Assembly (NCBI GenBank): GCA_973895155.1
Contig: OZ316895.1
Span: 20,784,803 to 20,848,802, forward strand
Length of the DNA stretch: 64,000 nucleotides
Source of the DNA: Marsupella aquatica
Taxonomy: Eukaryota; Plantae; Marchantiophyta
Direction: 5' to 3'
Numbering within the stretch: the stretch's first letter is position 1; every line of letters starts with the position of its first letter. Position numbers and translations under genes: made by a program. A model generated the notes under the pieces. It was given only the letters and a program-made list of their open reading frames with translations, did not search any database and was not told the DNA's origin. This document shows, in pieces, positions 26,013-39,360 of this stretch.

Positions 26013-26499
26013 GGGCATGTCAAAGTACAACCATAAGAAAATTCTTATGGCTGAAAACTTTTGGGACATACGATTCTTACAGGGCAAATATTTAGGTAGC
26101 CCGTAAGGAGTTCTGTCCTGGCATAAAGAGTTTTATGTACTTTGCCCATACATCCTTTACTGAGCTGCTTTGACACGCCCTATTGACCCCAGAAGAGCAC
26201 CTTGGGCTCTTAATCAGGACAACACCTCATGGGAGGGCCTTACCCTACACTGTCTGCACAAACATGTGAAGGAAACCCTGGTGCGGCGGTCCTTAGTGCC
26301 CTTCCAGCCACAACAAAACTAATTTGCTAATAGGGTGTACCAAAGCACAGCTGTACCTGAGTTACGGCTCAGGATATAAATCGCACTTATGACCAGGACA
26401 GAATTGTTATGAGGTACCAAAATACGTACCCCATAAGGATGGTACGTCCCAAAAATAAAAATCATAACCAAAATGTTACCAGAGAACTTTGACATGCCC
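26013..26499. mobile_element. TA-flanked MITE with GGGCATGTCAAAGT TIRs
   Basis: TA|GGGCATGTCAAAGT ... ACTTTGACATGCCC|TA; an extra internal terminus TTTGACACGCCCTA at ~26170. Confidence 0.8.
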
Positions 26500-26580
26500 T
26501 AATGGCTGAACTCACCCTTCTACCCACCCTCACCATTGTGTCCTCAGCCTACGTGTCCCCACTTGCCCGGTTCCACCAAT

Positions 26581-26701
26581 ACCCTCCTTGTACACCCATC
26601 TCTATATGTTATTGACCATAACCCTCCTTGTACACCCATCTCTATATGTTATTGACCATAACCCTCCTTGTACACCCATCTCTATATGTTATTGACCATA
26701 A
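26581..26701. repeat. Perfect 40-bp tandem repeat, 3 copies
   Basis: ACCCTCCTTGTACACCCATCTCTATATGTTATTGACCATA x3. Confidence 0.95.
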
Positions 26702-27470
26702 CACAACCACTGAATATGAGGGACAGCGGCAGGCCCCATGCCTAACTGCTAATTTCTCATCAGAGTTGGTCTACAATCAGTATCCTGTTTCTCCACGGTA
26801 GAAAAGGAGGTGGGACTTTCCCTCGGGCATTCCTCGTGTCATGGTTGAAAAGAAGTCATGTCAGCCTGTATTGGATTTTATTTATCTAAAGTGAGGCCAA
26901 TCAGAGCACTGACCGAATCTACATGCATAGAACTTGACAAAGCAAATGAGTATAGAAGGCAGGCAAAGTCCCACCTCCTTCAACGAATAACCAAACTCCA
27001 TTTTCACATCAGAGTTGAAATCCAACTGCATCTCCAAAGAATGTAAAGCTTCCTCAGCGCACATGGTTTACATTATACATTTTCCCCGACATTTTCAGTA
27101 CCTTATCTGCTCAATTTACAGTGGTGTTGCCATCAAGAGCAGAAAAGCATACCCTAGCTCCTTCTGGAATCTGACGGAACACAAACCTTGTCACGTCCCT
27201 TGGTCCACTTCAGTGACAAAACCATTTTGATCTCAATCTAACCACTGCCTTCTATGATAAGGTTTTCTATATTCTAATTCAATAGATTGTGTTTGTCTAA
27301 CTTTAAACAAGTCGGTGCAAAAATGGAACCTCAGGCTACAACACACGGTGTGTTTATGCTTGCTGCCCATGATGTCCTCTCACCTATCGATTACAGGTGG
27401 AGGCTCCGACGCCAAGATGGTTATATTCTCAAGATCTGGAAGAGACTAATATATACTTTCGAACTGAATA

Positions 27471-29561
27471 TTAATCATGCTCATGATGTTGGTCAGGAGT
27501 ATCCAGCACAGATCCATCCAAACCCTCCAAAGACATTTGAATCTTCACGGCCTGATCGCAACATCAAAAAGATCTTATCAGCAATTTTAAGGTGTCTTAA
27601 ACTTTAATTCTCATACCTGTCACATACAGTCTATCCCTTCCAGCCTCACTCTAAAGTGATTGCCAAAGCACACATCGAAAGCAACATCTCAAAGTTCCTG
27701 GACATCATGGTCCAACTTAGCTCCCCTGGTCAACGTCATGATCGTGATTCAGATTTTGAGGTAGTACACCCCGTACCGTGCTGAGAGAGTCTTCATTGAC
27801 GGCAATGACGAAGAGACAACTCTTGCAGGTCATTCCACTTCATGGAGGCTTTCATAAATGGGAATCTCACCAACACAAAACTTGATTCAGTAATCGCAGT
27901 ACTTACAGGAAGAGGTACACCAACTTGGAGCATCCGGAAGAAACGGGTATACTTTGGATCATCCCTAGCCTGCCAACAAGCAAGTAATACGAATCCAAGC
28001 TAAGTTTAAATGTTACATATTTGGAGAGAGTACCATGAACAATGAATGATGGAAAGAACGAACCTGAAGTCCAAAGCTTTCCCGCAGGCTTTGAAGTGAT
28101 ACTTCGACAGGCAGGTCTTCATATCTAAACGACGATAATTCTTCCCTAATCTCTACACCTCAAAACTAAGAGAAGAGTCATGAAACAGTCACAACAATGA
28201 ATGAGCATGATAATTACCTTCAAAAGCTCGGGTTGATCCAAGGCAGGGAGCACAGCGATCGAATTTACTCTGGAAAGTTCCGCCTCTGTCATTGAACTGC
28301 ACAACAAAGTAGCACTACCAATGATCAAAACGCTGAGGTTCTCAAAGCAATCCGTCTTGTTATTGCTGAAAATGTCATTGCTCGACGAAGAAAGTCCAGG
28401 TAAACTACAAGACCCGGACCAAACGAGGGAATGCATGTGAAAGTGTTTCTATTTTAATGTGCACTCTAAAACATCTCTGTTTATGAAACAATGTGATCAA
28501 ATCTACTTAAGAGGCTTCGATGACTCTCAGCCCTGCAACAGGGAGACAACCTAGCTGAGGAGAAACCCCGGATTGAGAAACAGAGCAATTAGCAGAATGG
28601 ACAAGTGAGGACGTTCCACCTCCGGGTAGAATGGTGGGGCTCTGAAGACTCGGGCGTTCCTGGAGGGAGGGCAATATCAAGTTCAGGATGTTGAGCGGTA
28701 TGCTCACCAGTGCCCTCCAGTCCATCTACACTTCTGAGCTTAGCCTCCAGGAGAGACAAAGTTGCATCCGCATGCACGATTCTCCTGCTTGAATTCAACA
28801 TAATTAGCCAATACAGACCAAGGTCATGGTCATCTATATAGCGAGGCTACAAAAGGAAATTCATCGACTAGCAGAAATCTATTTCTTACTGTTACAAGAT
28901 CTACTTTTCAGGTTAATGTCAGGGTAATGTCAGGGCTCTGCAAAGAAAATGCAATGGACAGACGGAATGGGACGAACCCCCTGCACAGCGCAAATACTTA
29001 CGATACGTACTTCTAGTAGACTTTCCAAGCCCTAAGCAACTATAATTTGTCTAGGATTCATAATACGCACAAATGGTCAGTGTTGTAGACAGAGGATAAA
29101 ATAGATTAGACAGAAAGAGCGGAAGTCACCTGTGAACGTCTGCAAGTTTGTCCTCACAAATGACAGAAAAGTTGTTCAGGAGCCGAACCGTGTGAATGAC
29201 AAATGTATTAACCTAAGAGCAGACGCCATCAAGACAAGGTTTAGTGCGGAACTGGCTGCCAGCCCTGGATATACTAAGAAGCACACACACACACACACAA
29301 TTGTTGATGCTTTCATAAAACTCTAGAACACCAAACCGAATTCGAATCATGAAGCTGGAAACTCTTTCTGTCGAGCACCAAAGCGAACTGGATTCGTGAT
29401 TGAGAAAAAAACACGGCAGGAAACTCGACTTACAGAACAACATAGAGAATTGGATCCATCAAGCTGAGAAAAACTACAGCAGGAACCGGAATTAGAGGAC
29501 TAACCAGAAACAGGGTTCTCTGATCCGAAATGGGTGGAAGACGTGGCGGTCTCTCCTCCAT
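27471..29561 (-). CDS. WASHC3: WASH complex subunit 3 (CCDC53), spliced
   Basis: GT-AG exons 29561-29505 (MEERPPRLPPISDQRTLFL), 29212-29130 (VNTFVIHTVRLLNNFSVICEDKLADVH), 28784-~28620 (RIVHADATLSLLEAKLRSVDGLE), an uncertain linker exon, 27969-27907 (ARDDPKYTRFFRMLQVGVPLP) and 27551-27471 (AVKIQMSLEGLD...*). These match the CCDC53 N-terminal coiled coil and C-terminal DP.Y..(F/Y)..M.QVGVP motif. Confidence 0.88.
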
Positions 29562-31504
29562 GTTGGAAAGTTGACAGGAGAATTGAACGTTTTCTACATG
29601 GCAGCTCGAAATCACTGATGTTGGCGTCGTGCCTTGAACCGGATGCTGTTGAGAAGATCAAATTCTTCGTCCATGAGAAGATGGCTAACGGGTGCGGATC
29701 TCCATGATCTATGTCCCTCGAGTCTCCTCTGTATCTTGGACTCGACTTCTACCAAAAGTTGTTTTTTCACCTTTCTACGAAGAAAAGAACAGAAAAAAAC
29801 GTGAGCAAATCTATTGAACAAGGGGTCAACAAAATACACAAGTGAACAAAAATGTTTTTTATTTTATAATTTTTTTTGGGTGTAAAATATTTTTATTTTT
29901 TTAGGAAATCTGTGAAAATACCACATATAGGGAAGAGTCAACCACAATAGTTGAAACCAAGAACTATTTTATTTAAATTTAAAAAGGAAAATCTGTGAAA
30001 TCTCACACAAAAGAAACAATCAGTCATAACATTTGAACACTATATCTACAAGTCTCAACAAAAGTGAACTATCACACAGCCATGTCTCTCTGGGCTTGGA
30101 CAAAAATGTTTTAGACTTTGGTTTTAGCTTCCTTCCTGGTTCCGGCTTCTCCGGTGTTAGGGTTGTCGACCTTTGGTCTACCCGGGTGCCAACCCCCTCT
30201 GTGGGCTGCCCTTGTTGTATGCTGACTTTTTGGGATGCAATTCAATGAGTTTTTTCGAGGCAAAAAAAATGTTTAAGAGTGCTATTGGGATGAACATAGG
30301 AACTTTATTTAATCTAAGAGTATTGTATGTAATCTTGCTCTTTCTTCTCATGGTCTGTTTGCAAAATGTCATTATGGTGCAAAGCTTTTTTGGGGGTGTG
30401 ATAATGGTTAGTCCGACTATGGTGACATCTTTTCCTAGCCATGAGATGGGCCTAAACGATGCCACTATGCTCATTTTCTGAGCCAACTCATCACTCTCCT
30501 ACCTTGCATACTCCTTGAAATCAAGTTGCCAGGGTAGACTCCACATAGCATCTAATTGCCTGAACAACTCACTTATGTTCAACAACACTTAGGCTCTACA
30601 TCACAATGGTATGCAACTCACGGGGAATATTTGGGCTAGTAGTGGCATAATACTCCAACCTTATAGTGTAATGATAAGAGATTACACTTGAGATTACATA
30701 CACAATAACCATGAATACCAATCAAACAAACTCCTTCAGTGAAAAATAATGGAGGCTTCATTGCTGGACAGAATACCACAGCTAGGAATCCACCCAAAAC
30801 ATTCTTTAACCTATGAAATGCATGTTTGCACATCATCTTCAAACAGAAATTTAAAACATGCTACACAAGTAAATTGATAGCCATCATGGTCTTGCAAATT
30901 CATTTAGGCTTCAGGTCAAACATTTGTGTCCATCCAAACTTCTGTTTCCAAAATTACAACAACTAAATAAGAGAAAGGTGGAGAGAAAACCCAAAGAAAA
31001 ACCCAAAAATGAAATGAAAAACCTTCACCCATTCAAGCACTACAAATTAAAGGGATTATGTTGCATTAGATACTAATCATAACATCTAACATAGAAACTA
31101 CAACTGGAACGTCCATATTTTCTACCTATGCAAGCCTCTGATGAGGTGCTCTAGACATGCCTATTGCCAAGGATCTCCCATGGATGGCTTGAGCTTGGTT
31201 CACTGAGACCCCAACAGAAGTGGGTCCGTAAAATAGATAGTGTACTCTTGATGACTGTTTTTCAAATAAGCTCAGAGCCTCCCAATAATCTCCACGACAA
31301 GGGGAACAAAACTATCTAAAGGAGTGCTGAAACTGACGTTTCCCATACACCCCATACACAGCATGCTGCAACTCACGTGGACCACTTTGGAATGTGATTT
31401 TCATTTAAATAATACTTTATATTAGTACTTACCTATTTTGGTGTTGAAAGTGGCTTGGTAGGTGAGAGTCAGGTCAGAACATTGTGGTCCATCAAAGCGT
31501 CAAC

Positions 31505-31650
31505 TTCCTTCACCAAAGTATTTTCTAGTGAGTAGGAAAAATGAGGAGTGAAAGGCCTCCACTGCTGTTCAAAGTGCTTTTCTTCACCAAAGTGTTTTTT
31601 AGTGAGTAGCAAAAGGAGGAGCGGAAGGCCTGCACTGCTGTTCAAAGTTC
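31505..31650. repeat. ~73-bp direct duplication
   Basis: CTTCACCAAAGT...TAGTGAGTAG...AAGGCCT...CACTGCTGTTCAAAGT x2. Confidence 0.8.
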
Positions 31651-31739
31651 AGTGCACAGATGGACATCAGCCATCTGTGCAAACATTTAGATGTTCTCAC
31701 ATCATATTTTAACAACTTATTAAAAGTATTATTATGTAA

Positions 31740-34345
31740 CTAGCTCAATACCCGTGCGTTGCACAAAAGATGTCGCGACAGCCAATATGTTTTTGAGAAC
31801 AAAAGATGTTGTGTCGGCCAAGAGGTCGTTGAGAAGAAAGATGACATGTCGGCCAAGAGGCCGTTGAGAAGAAAGATGTCATGTCGCCCAAGATATCGTT
31901 GAGAACAAAAGATGTTGTGTCGCCCAAGATGTCGTTGAAAACAAAAGATGTCATCTCGGCCAAGATGTCGGTGAGAACAAAAGATGTCGTGTCGGCCAAG
32001 AAGTCGATGAGAACAAAAGCTGCCGTGTCGGCCAAGAGGTTGTTGAGAAGAAAGATGTCATCTCGGCCAAGAGGTTGTGGAAGAAATAGAGGTCGTGTTG
32101 CCAATGATCATAACACGTACGTTATGCCAAAGGTTTTGTTAAGTATAACAATGTTGTTAAGTACAAAATAACTCAATACCCGTGCGTTGCACAAAAGATG
32201 TCGTATCGCCCAAGATGTCCTGGAGTAAAACCATGTTGTTAAGAACAATGAACTTTTTTTGCCAGGTCAAAGATGTAGTTATGTGAAGACATTGTCAAGC
32301 CCATTGTTAAGTAAAAGATGTCGTTATGAAAAAAGAAGTCATTTTGCCAAACATGTCGTCAAGTAAAAAGTTGTCATCAAGTAAATAGTTGTCGTCAAGT
32401 AAAAAATTGGCTTAACTAACAAAAAAGAAGTCGTTTTGCCAAAGATGTTGTTATGTGAAAGAAAGATGTTGTTATGTGAAAGATGTCATGAATAAAAAGA
32501 TAATGTGGTGCCAAATGGTTCGTTATGTGAAAAATATTGTGAAGTAAAAAGATGCTGTCAAGTAAAAGTGTGCCCCTCGCCAAACACCTTGCCATCAACG
32601 CCAGTGCCATGATCTTTACTATGTCTTTAGACCTTATAATTGTTTATTTTTTGGCAGTGAAATGGTACAAAAAATGAACGTAAAAACTCATCCTAAATAT
32701 TGGGAGAATTATTGTTTTATTTGATTAGTGTATGCATTCCCTTATTGACTAAAATAGTATCTGAAATTTAACTCTTACAAATATTACACTAAACTATGCA
32801 CTATCTCACTCTATTGAGCATCTACACGTTATTGAGTATGTACAATATTTTCTCCTTATCCTTGTGCATTGTGTTAGTGACGCCCCATTTGATTCCTCCT
32901 ACTTGGACATTGGCGTGACTCTTTTCATTCATACTAAACTAAAATTTATATATTTATATTCCTTCCTTCTACCAGATTTCTTATTTTTTGTGCCCTGCAA
33001 ATTTGAATGACGACCACGGCAAAAAAGGCGCAACCTTGTATTATAGAAGTTAATAGCTCAATACCTGTGCGTATACTTTTCCATAAAAGATGCTGTTAAG
33101 TAAACATATGTAGTGGCATCAGAGATGTCATTAATAAGTAAAAATATGTCATTGTGTAAAAGATGTCATGGCGTAAAAGATGTTGTTAATAGGTACAATA
33201 CTGTGGCATAAAAGATGTTGTTAAGTATTAAAAAGATGACATTATGTCAAAGATGTGGTTATGCCAATTGAAATATGTGGGTAAGTGATGAGACATCCTT
33301 AGTAAAAGGTGTTGTCAAGTAAAATATGTTGTTAACTAAAAAAACTCCAATAATTTTGGAGATGAGTTAGAGCAGAGGATTGTTGCGTTTTGTCAGGCCA
33401 GCCTCCATGCACGAGGACAAAAAAAACCCAGTAGGAACCCGGTCCTCGGTCTAGGCATGAGTCGATCCGAGTCCGAAATGCAAGACAGAGTCCAAGGGCG
33501 AGACTGAGTCCAGGCAAGGGCAAGACCAAGTCCAGGCAAGGGCGAGGGCGGGGATTGGGTGGGTCATCGAGGCAGGGTTTTAGGGTTGTCGGGGAGTGCA
33601 AGGAGGGAGAGTCAGGGCAAAAGGGGAGAGCGGGGTTGGGAGGCAGGAGGGGCAGGAGCGGCAGGAGCAGGGGCCGCTAGGTGGGGAGGCAAAGGGGGCT
33701 TCGGAGGGAGAGGGCGGAGCCAGCCAGCCCTGCCCCAAGCCAGCCAGCCAGTCAGCGTGGGCAACTGGCGGCCGCAAGCTGGGCAGGGCTGGCCGCCGGT
33801 GGGGGGGGGGTCGCAACTTGCAGCGGCTTGGTGCTGACTTTGCGACACTGCAATCCAAGTGACGGCTTGAGTTTCCACTTGAGTTTTTTTGTCTTATTGG
33901 TTCAATTTTTTCCAGTTTTAAATTTCTTCACCCAAATATATTGGCCCTGCACTTTTGAAAGACGACCATGGTATAAATTGGTGCCATAGTGTATTATAGT
34001 TTTTGATAATTATCACAAAAACTATGGAAGATAAATAGTATGGAAGATAAATAGTACATTTTTGACTTGCATTGAAAACAACATCTTGTTCTCACTTTAT
34101 GCATTGATGGAAAGTAAAGGGATCTACATTGATCCTTGTGCTTGCATGGACTTATTTACTAATCATTTCCCTTTTTGGTAGTCTCATGTCACTGTTTCCT
34201 TTTTTGAGAGTGTTCCTTCCCCTTTTATTCACGTTAAACTTTATTATCTTTTATTTATTCCTTCCTCTTTTGCTGGAATCTTTTTTAGACACTCTATATT
34301 TGAATGATGACCACTGTATAAAAGTGCGCAACCTTGTATTATAGT
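31740..34345 (-). mobile_element. Stacked/nested non-autonomous Helitron elements
   Basis: Minus-strand 3' end GTGCAACGCACGGGTATTGAGCTAG|T at 31740 (hairpin plus CTAG), with relics at ~32170 and ~33053. Three 5'-end-like (T/A)CTATAATAC motifs end at ~33047, ~33999 and ~34344. No Rep/helicase ORF. Confidence 0.7.
31770..32100. repeat. 36-bp minisatellite (~9 copies) inside the Helitron
   Basis: AAAGATGT(C/T)(G/A)TGTCG(G/C)CCAAGA(G/T)GTCGTTGAGAA(C/G). Confidence 0.9.
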
Positions 34346-36057
34346 ATTGGATGAATGAATATCCTGTTGTCTCCATTATTCCATCGGGGTCACACAAGCT
34401 TAGATGGCATAAACGCGTTGATTTCGTGATTCTAGAGGTGTAGGCAAGAGGATCATTCGCCAAATGAGGTTTCCTACACTAAGCTTCTGTAAGTAATCTT
34501 CAAATGAGGTATTGAAGATTTCTTGCTGCACTAAATATTGAGACCCTGATACTCCCGACTTTACATTTGAGGGCGTTTCCACACCACCGTGCACACCACT
34601 CCCCCCAAATCATGTCGACAATACCATCCTGGCCAATCAATCTCTCCGTTTCGAAACATACTTTATTTGAACAAAACCATTGAGCATTCAATCTCGCTTT
34701 CTCCAAGAAAGTGATGCAAGGTTCTACGCTTCTAGTACTTCCAGGTAAAAGACAATCCGGTTTGCTATAATCAATCAAGACAGCTATGGCTGACGTGCTT
34801 TTGCGATCTTATCAATTCCGTGGATCACTCGTCTCAGCTTCATTGAAAAGGGCTGGACTCTTCCGCCCGTGTGGGCTAACTTAAGGCCGTGCTCCTCGAA
34901 TATGATCACTCTCATTCACAGTACGTGACAAACTTCCCAAGGTTTCCTTCGGAGGATTCATTCACAATCCAGAGACCAGCTTACGAAAGTTTTCTCATTG
35001 AAGTTGGAATGCAAGCTAGGACAAGACCGCCCAATCCTGACAATATGGGCAATGGCCACAGATTGATCCAACTAGAACGTGAAGCCTAAACCTTAAGTAT
35101 GCAGCTGCGACTGAAGCTGTCTGAACAGCACGTCATATCCATAGCGAGGACGACTTCTGTATGGGGCGATTTTTAGTCAAATCGCAGACAAAAGCTCAAG
35201 ACGAAGATGCTGGTATGGCATGTGCAGGTGCTGCAACCGATAAAAGGCACTGAATCTGCAACATCCAGAATGACTAGAGCATCTAATTGTTTGCAAATTA
35301 TATGCTAACGATGATCATGCTTTCCCCGAGTTAGCTAGACTTAAAACGACCATGAATGTAGAGCACAGACCTACACTAACATCTCCTTGCGTTTGTATAA
35401 TAGTAGTTGAGGAGCTGGCACGAGAGGAAATGGTATGTACGACCATTCCGTTCATAGCCCCAAAAATGTCTAGAAGCATTGGAACTCAAAACTTGCAGAG
35501 TCCAATACAGATTATTGACCTGGTAAATAAATTATATACCACAATAGTGGCGTAGGCAATTGCTACCCCAAACTATAATTTCACAAATTCTTTGACAACC
35601 GTTGAATTAATCGCCTGTACATGCCTGCTTAAGCAGTGGTGGTTTCTTATGTACAAGAGTTAAGGAACAGTTTAAAATCAGATCAAGTTCCAGTAAGCGT
35701 ACTCAGCAATCTGACCCATAGTGGATTCAACAATGAGCTACAGACAGCACTGAATTCATTCTGCACATACACAGGACTCCATCAGCAGAGAGCTTGGAAT
35801 ACATCCGGACCACATTCGTTAACTCCATGTCTTTAAGCATTTGAACATTTCTACAACCCGAAGGAACAAACACACTTCCCAATTGATTTCTGAAAGCATC
35901 TATTGTGAGACAGACATCCGCTTTTCAATAAGATTTGCATTTAAATTCAATCCATGACAATCCATGACGTGACGACTCTCACCTTCACTGAATTATACAC
36001 TGTTAAATTCGTCAATGTACTTTGCATAAGAAGTAATCGCTGCGGATTCGTCGACGA

Positions 36058-39000
36058 TCACCCAGTATAGACAAACTGCCTCTTCCAGATTTTGTCGCGC
36101 TTTTTGGCCCAGATCTTTGGGAGAAGGTTTCTATCAAGGGGTTCCCGATCGGGCTTAAAGACCTACCAAGCATAACCTGCCAGCAGGTTAGTTGTTAGAT
36201 TAAGGTAGGGGGATCGGAAGATTCGTAAGTTAGAGTAGGGTTATCAGCATCACTTCCTCTTCTCAGCTTGCATCTTTTCAAGAGCGCGGGAGAACTAGAA
36301 AAAAAGTTAAACATTACCAGTTTGCAATACTCGAACATGCTGAAAAAGAGGGCCGACATCAATGATACATGCAACGTCCGTGAACCCTGCGCACACGAGG
36401 AAAACAAATTATTACGAGCTACAGTCCTTCGATGAGCATCACCGTTCAAACGAGTCAATTCAGGAAAGGAAAGAACTGAAGTCCGGAGCTAGGCAATTTA
36501 GGGTAATGCAGGGTACCCTACTTAGGCAATCTCTCCTACCCACTGTCAGACAGCAAAGGGAGAATTCAAACAAAATTCATTGCGCCTGACAATGGTCGGC
36601 CCACCACCGATGGAGCTGATTGACTCACCACACCCGTAAATAGACCTTGTACACCTTTCTCGCGAATGACTGCGACAACGATCCTGGGAATACTTTCTGC
36701 TACTCCACATTGCTGACGAGTCTTCACCAAATCAAGCTGAGAACAATTTACACGAGAAATTTAAAATGCGTTATGGCGACAGATTGCATCTAACAAAATC
36801 TCCAAAGCACACATCGTCAATGTGTGTCACGTTGGACGGATAGCGCATATTTCCAAAGGATATTGTAAACATAAGACAAACAATGTATAAATACGTATAA
36901 GATATATCCAAAACAGGTATCCACATACACTGCTTCATTAGACAGTAATGGACCAGCGAGAAGGCAGGAAGAGATTAGGAGCATACTGGCATGGTACAAG
37001 TTGCAGCAACAGCACCAGCGAAGGCTCCCAGAGCCAAGTGCTCTGGCGTACTGCAACAAACAATGAGACAACATTCAGCTTCATATTGGTACACGTATCT
37101 TCAAATCTTGCACTAGATGAACAGCAGGACATCCGACTTGCCACCCTGGATAACCAACCTAAGTAAGGTACCGTACGTAAACAAACAGGTAGTAATGGTT
37201 TACATATAGTGGTGGAATATTGCAGTGACTGGAATATCTGAACAGCTTCATATGTCGATACAGCCCTATAAGGTGAACAATCCAAGACAAAACAAACCTA
37301 AAAACGACTTAGAAATTGTTTTGCTAGGAAATAACAGTACCTTAGCTTGGACACTTGTCGTTTTTGTGCAACCGCGGCCCTCAGCTGCTCATATACACTG
37401 AACTGCAGCCAATAGGCATCCATAGCAGATATGAGCCAAACATACATCCATCCAGGTGTCAATCAGGTGACCAAAGTGAACAGATGATGACTAGTTGCTG
37501 GGTAATCAGAATGCGAAGTGCAGAAGAGCATCTACAATGGTACAAGCTCAGCTTCAGTATCCAGTTCTACAAAATATGCAGAGCCTGATCCTATCGAGAC
37601 ACCAACTGGTTACCTGTATAGCTATTTCAGGCACATCTCGCATGAGAGTGGGCCAGAAACCTCTGTAGAGGCCTCCAATCCCCTCGGCAGTGACCACCGA
37701 CCTGAAAGCCTCAAATACTGCAAACGACAAGCGTTGGTACCGAGTAACAGACAACTCTTTCCCGTACAATTGTGACATCAAATACGCCTAGACAAAAACA
37801 TAAAGAGCTCAATGCGCGATTCTCATCTAAAATGAACTGGATGTCAATATAAACACCAGCAATTGCCTTCCGTCGGGTAAAGCTAGTTTCCAAATAGTAC
37901 GATACCACCACAGAACACAGAAGTTCTTTACAAACGTTGGCATCTTACCGTTTGAGTGCAGATAAACTTGAACACGATGTTTTAAAGTGTCCGCGGGGAC
38001 CTGTAGGTGGACGTAACCAAAGTCATGCTCCTCATCCTAGATTTTGAAAACTACTAGAGAAAAGGTAGTTTAGCAAGTAACTGAGCTTTTATTCTTGAAG
38101 GGACTGTTTAGCACATCAATAAAAAACTCGAGAATCGTTTGAAACACACAAGTCACTTGAAAGACACGGCAACTCCTATCATGTAACGGTTCGCGTACAA
38201 CAAAGATTCTCACTACGTTCCGTGTTTTGTGACTCGCGGTTATCCGTAGAATATAAGCTTATATTACATTTACATCGATCATAATATTTTTGTTAAGTCA
38301 GGCGTTTCCAGCAATATGCGTGTTAAGGCGATTTTCGTGCCAGGTTGCCGTGGACAGAGCCTTACCCTTACGACGGAAGCGACGATTGTCCCGATGGAAG
38401 CTGACGCAACGTGAACTAATCCATCCCATTTATCTGGCACGAATTTCTTCAATTTCCTCTTAGCCACTGTCCAAACAAAAAGAAAACGATGAGAATGTTG
38501 TAAATCCCTCGAAAAACCGGTAAGCTAAAGAAACTATCCACGACAGACGAGGTTGCAGGGTTGGACTACGACACCATGAACGAACGATTAAACTGAAATA
38601 TACCTTCGTAGGCAGCGAAATATAAAAGTGCATTAGGCAACGTGCCGAGAATAGCCCCAGTCACTCCTCGGTATAGATCTCCTGGCCCCTTCAAAAGCCA
38701 ATTATCTATTCCTACGGGACCCAAACCAATAGCGTTGGAGTGTATGCTTTTCTTCCACTTCCTCAATTTCTTAGGTGGATCCCGTATCTGCAACCTCGTC
38801 TTTACGGTATCCACAGGATGAATGCCAACCTGAACGAGTACGGGATTTTGCGCAAGGATGTTAACATCAATTTCTCCGTTCAGTTCACGAAGGATTCAAA
38901 GAACTGCGAAAAGCAAGTGGCACGAAGCAAGGTGGCAAGCGCACATCAACAATGATAGTACATAGGGAGTAAGATATCAGACCTGAGAAATCGTTCTGGC

Positions 39001-39360
39001 AATGGTCCCCGCGTACACGTGATTTAAAGCCGTCATTGCTTCAGCAGGCTCTGCGTCATCAAAGAAAGGGAGCCACATTTTCCAGCTCCATCTCCACGGA
39101 ATAGGCACAGCGGAGCTTTGCAGAGGAACAAATGTCATCTCGGACAGGGGCAAGGACACAAACGAAATTTTCACGTTCTTCGAATATGGATTAGTGGAAA
39201 CAAACTTATTATTCGGCATCCTCCGCAGCTTACTCATCACACCTTCGTACATCATGCCAACAGAAGGCGGCTCGTCGATAGCAATAGAGTTCCATGGAGT
39301 GTGGATCACAAACTTAGGGTGTGCTCCCTGGTCCACCGGGTGCAGGATGTGCTTCTTCAT
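36058..39360 (-). CDS. Mitochondrial carrier family (SLC25) protein, SAM-carrier-like, with an N-terminal extension; 10 exons
   Basis: In-phase GT-AG exons 39360-38983, 38829-38604, 38466-38366, 38000-37949, 37717-37614, 37402-37341, 37050-36987, 36736-36629, 36386-36318 and 36162-36058. Three Px(D/E)xx(K/R) signatures (PVDTVKTR, PADTLKHR, PLDLVKTR) plus GLYRGFWPTLMRDVP. The 5' end is uncertain: the frame is open to an acceptor-like CTGTAG at 39466. Confidence 0.9.

Noticed and set aside
31745-32171. Repetitive ORFs on both strands
   Set aside because: Artefacts of a 36-bp (multiple of 3) minisatellite
33559-33989. Several overlapping Gly/Pro/Ala-rich ORFs
   Set aside because: Stop-poor GC-rich sequence open in most frames; no domain signal
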